A stretch of 64,000 nucleotides of DNA from Gammaproteobacteria bacterium TMED112 (GTDB taxonomy: Bacteria; Pseudomonadota; Gammaproteobacteria; Magnimaribacterales; TMED112). The stretch lies in the NCBI GenBank assembly GCA_002170245.2, contig NHFN02000013.1:698-64697 (forward strand), written 5' to 3'. The position numbers and the translations under genes are program-made. The notes under the pieces are model-generated. The model had not been told where the DNA came from. It did no database searches and worked only from the letters and a program-made list of their open reading frames with translations. Positions 58,693 through 64,000 of this stretch are shown piece after piece. The first letter of the stretch is position 1, and each line of letters begins with the position of its first letter.

Positions 58693-59888
58693 TGGCTACC
58701 TATAAATATAATGCATTTGACGCAAATGAAAAGATTTTTAAAGGCTATGTAAATGCTACTGATAAAGATGAAGCAAAATTAATTCTTAAAAATAGGGGTC
58801 TTAATGCTCTAAAAATTGAAAAAAGTCAGCAAAAAAGATCATCAATTACAATTTCAAATAATAATTTATCTATATTTACCAAACAAATGTCGGCATTATT
58901 AGGTGCAGGCACCCCAATAGAAAAATGCCTTTTACTATTAAGCAAACAATCATCTAATAATAAATTTTCACAAATTCTACTAAGCATTAATGAAGATATA
59001 ACTGAAGGCAATAGTCTCAGCTCAGCAATGAAGAAATATCCATCTATATTTGATGATATTTACACTTCAACAATATATGCTGGAGAAACTTCTGCATCTC
59101 TTTCAGAAGTGTTTCACGATTTATCTATTTATCTAGATAAAGAAGCTAAAGTAAGATCACAGGTTATAGGTGCTTTAATCTATCCTGCTGTCTTATTTAT
59201 AGTTTCAATTGCTGTTATATATGCTCTTTTAAGTTTTGTGCTGCCTCAAGTGGTAGAACAGTTCGTGAGCTCAAATGTAGAATTACCTTTATTAACAAGA
59301 ACTCTGTTAACTTTTTCTGATATCTTTCCAATAATTATCGGTTCTTTACTATTAATATTTATCTCAATTTATGTAATACAGATAACAAATATTCTTTCAA
59401 AAAAATTCCAGCTACAGATATCTAAATATTTTCTTTTTATACCATTGATCGGTCCTATAATTTTATATGATCAAACTGCAAGATTCTGTTCATCTATGAG
59501 ACTAATGACAAAAGCGGGTCTTAATACCATTGATAGTCTTCAGATAGCACAAAATACCTTTAAAAATAAGTATTTAAGGTCACATGTTGAAAGAATAGTA
59601 AATAAAGTTATAGCTGGAACTTCGATAAGTAAAGCATTCTCTCAAGCAAATATTTTTCCTGAAGTTTTTCAGCAATTATTAAGTTCTGGTGATATGGGTA
59701 GCCAAGTTAGTGAAATGTTTGAAAAGACAAAAGAATTTTTAGATCAAGAGGTAGATACTCGTAGAAACCTACTTCTTACACTTTTGCAACCAATAGTCAT
59801 TCTTACAATGGGTGTTTTTGTAATGTTGATTGTTTTATCTATAATGTTGCCTTTATTGCAAATGAATAATTTAATATTCACTATATGA
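58692..59888 (+). CDS. gspF: type II secretion system inner-membrane platform protein
   Basis: About 400 aa with a duplicated GspF-type domain and 3 TM segments. Confidence 0.85.
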   Translation: MATYKYNAFDANEKIFKGYVNATDKDEAKLILKNRGLNALKIEKSQQKRSSITISNNNLSIFTKQMSALLGAGTPIEKCLLLLSKQSSNNKFSQILLSINEDITEGNSLSSAMKKYPSIFDDIYTSTIYAGETSASLSEVFHDLSIYLDKEAKVRSQVIGALIYPAVLFIVSIAVIYALLSFVLPQVVEQFVSSNVELPLLTRTLLTFSDIFPIIIGSLLLIFISIYVIQITNILSKKFQLQISKYFLFIPLIGPIILYDQTARFCSSMRLMTKAGLNTIDSLQIAQNTFKNKYLRSHVERIVNKVIAGTSISKAFSQANIFPEVFQQLLSSGDMGSQVSEMFEKTKEFLDQEVDTRRNLLLTLLQPIVILTMGVFVMLIVLSIMLPLLQMNNLIFTI

Positions 59889-60313
59889 AAAAATTATTAA
59901 AGAAAGGCTTCACACTTTTAGAACTATTAATTGTTATTGTAATTTTAGGACTGCTTGTTTCATTAGTATCAGTAAACTTTTTACCTACTCTAAGTAATGC
60001 CTATACAGAAGTTGCTAGGCAAGATATTTCTAGACTTCAACAAGCACTTGTAATGTTTAAAATAAATGAAGGCACATACCCTTCATCGAATCAAGGCCTT
60101 GAAAGCTTAAAAACAAATCCTGGAAACCTCAAAAACCCTTCTAAGTATCCAAATGGCGGATACATAAATAAATTACCTGTGGATCCATGGGGTAATGCAT
60201 ATGTTTATATTTATCCTGGTCAGAATGGTGAATATGATATTGTTTCATTAGGCGCTGATGGCCAATCTGGTGGAGAAGGGGAAAATGCAGATATTGGTAA
60301 TTGGACTAACTAG
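59885..60313 (+). CDS. gspG: major pseudopilin
   Basis: KKGFTLLELLIVIVILG prepilin signal and a C-terminal DPWGNAYVY...SLGADGQ motif. Confidence 0.9.
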   Translation: MKKLLKKGFTLLELLIVIVILGLLVSLVSVNFLPTLSNAYTEVARQDISRLQQALVMFKINEGTYPSSNQGLESLKTNPGNLKNPSKYPNGGYINKLPVDPWGNAYVYIYPGQNGEYDIVSLGADGQSGGEGENADIGNWTN

Positions 60314-60680
60314 AGGCTTTACCATACTAGAAATTTTAATCGTTTTAGCGATTATCTCTATTTCTGGAACTTCCTTTTATTTAATCCTTAATCAACCAAA
60401 GAATTTTGACAGATATGAACAAACTATCAATGAATTTAAGATATTGAGTATTTATAGTGGGAATTCTTACGCTTTCACAAAAGATTCAATAAAAATCTTA
60501 AATCAAGAAACATGGGAAGAACTCGAAGTTGTTGATTTTTCAAATATTTATTCAGTTACAAATAATTTCAATAAGACAACTATTATTGAAGAAGATGATA
60601 TTTTCTTAGTAATATCGCCAGGAAATGAAATATCTATTAAATCTTTAACATTATCGGGAGGTCAAAATATTGAACTCTAA
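60285..60680 (+). CDS. gspH: minor pseudopilin H
   Basis: TRGFTILEILIVLAII prepilin signal. The start is placed at the ATG at 60285. A TTG at 60294 is also possible. Confidence 0.65.
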   Translation: MQILVIGLTRGFTILEILIVLAIISISGTSFYLILNQPKNFDRYEQTINEFKILSIYSGNSYAFTKDSIKILNQETWEELEVVDFSNIYSVTNNFNKTTIIEEDDIFLVISPGNEISIKSLTLSGGQNIEL

Positions 60681-61002
60681 GCTGTATAAAGGATTTAGTC
60701 TGTTAGAAGTAGTCATAGCTCTTCTAATTATTTCAATTACTTTTTTAGCCTACAACCAACTTATTGAACAAAACCTTAAATCACAAGAATTAAAACAAAC
60801 TTTCATTCTTGAGTCAGATAAAAGATTAAATCTTTTAACTATTTATGTTTCTAATCCCGATATAGAACAATATGAAGTTAGACAAATATTAGATATAAAT
60901 GAAATCTCAGAAACAAAAATTTCCACCTATAGAAATTTTGATGAAATAAAAATAGATTTCATTACACCAGATAAAAGTGTTTATATAACGATAATAAAAT
61001 AA
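60670..61002 (+). CDS. gspI: minor pseudopilin I
   Basis: YKGFSLLEVVIALLII prepilin signal. Length 110 aa. Confidence 0.7.
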   Translation: MNSKLYKGFSLLEVVIALLIISITFLAYNQLIEQNLKSQELKQTFILESDKRLNLLTIYVSNPDIEQYEVRQILDINEISETKISTYRNFDEIKIDFITPDKSVYITIIK

Positions 61003-61580
61003 TGAAAAATGGATTTACCTTACTTGAAGTTCTTATTGCTTTATTGGCTGCTGCATTAATTTCAATTATGTCTTTTGATTTTTTATCAAATACAGTTTTT
61101 CTGAAAGAACGTATCGATAATTCTATATCAAATGATTCTAAACAATCTAAAGCTATGCACTTAATGCGATTAGATATGATGCAAGCCGTACCTTTTAAAT
61201 TAAAAGACCAAAATTTTAACAATATCAATAATGTATTTATAGGAACTAATGAAGAGAGAATATTAACATTTGTTGCACTAAGCACTGCAGATACATCAAT
61301 CAGTAAGTCAAAGTTAAGAAGAGTCATTTATAGGTATAAAAATGATGAACTTATACGCACAACCACTTTAGCTAATAACGAAAATATTGTTCTGTCTGAG
61401 GAAATTTTACTGATCAATGTTGAAAATCTCGAGATTTATTTTGGTGATAGTTTAGATGATCTTGTTGATACATACCCAGGAACTAGCATTTTAGAGAACA
61501 ATTCTTTTCCTGAATTTATAGTCTTAAATTACGACATAAACGATAAAAACTTTAATCAAATTATGGGATTTTTTAGATGA
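61002..61580 (+). CDS. gspJ: minor pseudopilin J
   Basis: KNGFTLLEVLIALLAA prepilin signal. Length 192 aa. Confidence 0.7.
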   Translation: MKNGFTLLEVLIALLAAALISIMSFDFLSNTVFLKERIDNSISNDSKQSKAMHLMRLDMMQAVPFKLKDQNFNNINNVFIGTNEERILTFVALSTADTSISKSKLRRVIYRYKNDELIRTTTLANNENIVLSEEILLINVENLEIYFGDSLDDLVDTYPGTSILENNSFPEFIVLNYDINDKNFNQIMGFFR

Positions 61581-62509
61581 GAAGGGGGTTTGTATTAATT
61601 TCTACTCTAGCTTTAATTGTAATTCTAAGCTTCATTATTCTTATATTAAGCAGAACTATTTATACAGATACTTTAAGAACAACTCTATTTGCTTCATCTT
61701 TAGAAAAAAGAATTGAAATTATTAACTATGAATCTTTTTTTATTGATACTTTGATAGACAATTCTCTATTAAATAGGAACTTATTATTAGCTGAAAGTGA
61801 ATTAAATTTTAATATTCAATCTAAATTTCCTGATCTTTCAATATCCTTAGATGACTATTCCACATGTTTTAATCTAAATGCTTTAGTTAAGCCTTTTCAA
61901 AATATATACATAAAAAATGAAGAACATGGAAAATTGTTTTCTAATTTATTAACTTTATCTGAGATTGATAAAAATCTTCATAACGAATTATTAGACAGAA
62001 TTTATGACTCACTGGATGATGATTCTTTGCCTGAAACTTTTGGGGCAGAAGATCTCTTCTACATATCCAATGGTGACCTTTCACTGAATCCTGATCAACT
62101 ATATTTTCATAAAAGCCAAATAAAGAACCTCCAGATGTTGAATGGGGAGTCTTTAAATAAAATATATAGAGATTTATGTGCTGTACCTTCAACAGATATA
62201 AAATTTAACGTAAATAGCTTAGAGGCAGCAAATATGAAGGTTTTTCTTGCATTATTTCCAGACTTAAATTTAAGCGATATTGAAAAAATTATGCTTAATA
62301 AACCTCTTAACGGCTACGTAACATTTAAGAATTTAACTGATTTAACTGGAATTGATTCATCAAAACTGAATAAATCTTTTATAATTTTTAAACCTGACTT
62401 TATTAAGATAAATTATCTAATGAATTTAGAGGGTCAAATTTTTAATTTTGTTAGTTTATTATCACTTAAAAGAGGTAACTTTGTAGTTTATAGGTCTATA
62501 TCGAGATGA
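61577..62509 (+). CDS. gspK: minor pseudopilin K
   Basis: RRGFVLISTLALIVIL N-terminus without the conserved Glu5, as is typical of GspK. Length 310 aa. Confidence 0.65.
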   Translation: MRRGFVLISTLALIVILSFIILILSRTIYTDTLRTTLFASSLEKRIEIINYESFFIDTLIDNSLLNRNLLLAESELNFNIQSKFPDLSISLDDYSTCFNLNALVKPFQNIYIKNEEHGKLFSNLLTLSEIDKNLHNELLDRIYDSLDDDSLPETFGAEDLFYISNGDLSLNPDQLYFHKSQIKNLQMLNGESLNKIYRDLCAVPSTDIKFNVNSLEAANMKVFLALFPDLNLSDIEKIMLNKPLNGYVTFKNLTDLTGIDSSKLNKSFIIFKPDFIKINYLMNLEGQIFNFVSLLSLKRGNFVVYRSISR

Positions 62510-63519
62510 ATGTTTTTATATTTAATAATTCAAATCTAGATGATGGAATTTTAATTAGTGACAGATCATTAAAAAAACTTAATGTTTATGAACTTGCTAC
62601 GTCAGATAGAACATTATTTGTCCTGCCAAATGAACTGTTACAGTACACGGAATTTAAGCATGATCTAAAAAATAATCAAAACATTCATGCTTCGATAATA
62701 AATAATTTAACTGCATTTCAGAACAATACTGAAGAATTAACTGTTTTAAATACATCAAATAAATATAATTTTTATACTATAAATAAGACTAATCAGGAGG
62801 CAATAAAAGAAGTATTTAGTCATTTTAATACAAAAATTTCAATAACCTCTGATTTGTTGTTCTTTAAAGAAATCATGAATAAAAATTGTAGCTATCTAAA
62901 CAATGTTTATTTGATTGAATCTGGAGACGCTGTGAAACTGAGCTTGAAATCATTTGAATTACTAGATGATGCAATTAAAGTGAAAGCAGTATCTGATCTT
63001 GACCTAAAAAAAATAAAAGATATTAATTACACATCTTATCAATTAAATACCTTTAGTATTTCTTCAATCTTTAACTTACAAAACTCTTTAAAACCATCAT
63101 TGGCATTATTATTCATAGTATTTTCTTTTTACATCATTGCCTTTCTAAATATTAATTCTAATTACTCACAAATAAAAAAAATGGGCTCAACACTTGAATC
63201 AATTTACAGTGATATCTATCCAGCAGACAACATATCTGATATAAATCAGCAAATTGAAGAAAAGCTCGATAGTTTAAAAAATATAGAGGCTTCTAATTTA
63301 TCAAAAAGCATTACCCTCCTTAAAAATTTATCGGAATCAATAAAAATAGTAGAAGCTGAATTTTCACAAGGAGATTTATTAATAAAATATCTCTTTAATA
63401 ATGATGCAGAAGAAAGCATTTTTGTTAATCAACAGAATAGGCTTAATTACAATTTCACAATTATTGAAACCAGAACAACACAATTAGGTAAGATTACGAC
63501 AATTAGTTATGAATTATAA
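62506..63519 (+). CDS. gspL: type II secretion system protein L-like
   Basis: Position after gspK, length of about 340 aa, and a single central TM (LALLFIVFSFYIIAFL). Confidence 0.55.
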   Translation: MNVFIFNNSNLDDGILISDRSLKKLNVYELATSDRTLFVLPNELLQYTEFKHDLKNNQNIHASIINNLTAFQNNTEELTVLNTSNKYNFYTINKTNQEAIKEVFSHFNTKISITSDLLFFKEIMNKNCSYLNNVYLIESGDAVKLSLKSFELLDDAIKVKAVSDLDLKKIKDINYTSYQLNTFSISSIFNLQNSLKPSLALLFIVFSFYIIAFLNINSNYSQIKKMGSTLESIYSDIYPADNISDINQQIEEKLDSLKNIEASNLSKSITLLKNLSESIKIVEAEFSQGDLLIKYLFNNDAEESIFVNQQNRLNYNFTIIETRTTQLGKITTISYEL

Positions 63520-63928
63520 ATTTTCTAAAAGAGAGCTTTTATTATTTAAAATACTAGGTGCGGCTATAGTAATGATAGGGCTATTTTATGGCACTTCTTA
63601 TGTAGCTAGTGAAATAACCAAATCAAAGAATTTAATTTTTCTTGAAGTTAATAAATTTAACAATAAGAAACAATTACTTGCACAAATTAAAGCTTTAGAA
63701 ACCAATAAAACTTTAGAAACATCACCAGATGATTTTCTTGCAGATCTTGCTAAAAATAATATTTTATTTGAACAAAAAGGTGATGAAATTTTCATCTCTG
63801 GATTATCAAATTTAGCTGCTCTAGAAATAATGACAAATATAGAAGATAGTAATATTAGTGTAGAAAGTTTTAAATTTATTGTTGATGACTCCACAAACAT
63901 AACTCTAAGTTTTAAATTTAATGGTTAA
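63509..63928 (+). CDS. gspM: type II secretion system protein M-like
   Basis: Position after gspL, length 139 aa, and an N-terminal TM. Confidence 0.55.
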   Translation: MNYKFSKRELLLFKILGAAIVMIGLFYGTSYVASEITKSKNLIFLEVNKFNNKKQLLAQIKALETNKTLETSPDDFLADLAKNNILFEQKGDEIFISGLSNLAALEIMTNIEDSNISVESFKFIVDDSTNITLSFKFNG

Positions 63929-64000
63929 AGTTTTCTTAACCATATTCTTATCATTCTCGCTATTAATCGGTTCCCTTTTTTTTATTCCCATTAATTTTCT
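63921..64000 (+). CDS. start of a further membrane protein (possibly GspN-like), 3' end cut by the window edge
   Basis: The ATG overlaps the gspM stop (ATGGTTAA). It encodes MVKVFLTIFLSFSLLIGSLFFIPINF, a hydrophobic N-terminus. Confidence 0.35.
   Translation, partial: MVKVFLTIFLSFSLLIGSLFFIPINF

Overview
The window is clearly AT-rich and very gene-dense, with many 1-30 nt overlaps between adjacent genes and almost no intergenic DNA. It looks like the core chromosome of a streamlined, probably marine, Gram-negative bacterium. SbcB, GlpK, an OmpR/PhoB-type two-component pair and a full Gsp secretion cluster suggest Gammaproteobacteria, but that is inference. Contents from left to right:
- A truncated FTR1-type iron permease, then pheA.
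- A 12-gene plus-strand block (3107-12510) holding all seven trp genes in the order trpF-B-A-E-G-D-C.
- A large lipoprotein with a Pro-Thr linker and a lamin-tail domain.
- A bacterial indoleamine 2,3-dioxygenase homologue, transcribed divergently from a TonB-dependent receptor across Fur-box-like sites.
- glpK, a glutaredoxin, sbcB, a NatAB-like ABC exporter, tadA and pyrC.
- A minus-strand housekeeping block: phoD-like, folE, maf, queD, cysS, thrS, yidD.
- Two tRNA-Gly genes.
- Three membrane-anchored coiled-coil proteins.
- A photolyase-related gene.
- A small accessory-looking patch after tRNA-Gly(UCC).
- An MscS / unknown / voltage-gated-channel operon, then ggt and an acyl-CoA synthetase.
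- A two-component system directly followed by gspC-D-E-F-G-H-I-J-K-L-M and a partial gspN.

I saw no rRNA, CRISPR array, transposase, integrase, restriction-modification system or recognisable toxin-antitoxin or defence system.

The most unusual items are:
1. A GC-enriched structured RNA whose intrinsic terminator abuts the pheA start codon.
2. The channel operon, which has a non-canonical selectivity filter and an orphan middle gene.
3. The coiled-coil triad.
4. A mini-cassette flanked by direct repeats next to tRNA-Gly.
5. The IDO homologue.

All functional calls rest on motifs read by eye. No database search or RNA folding was run.
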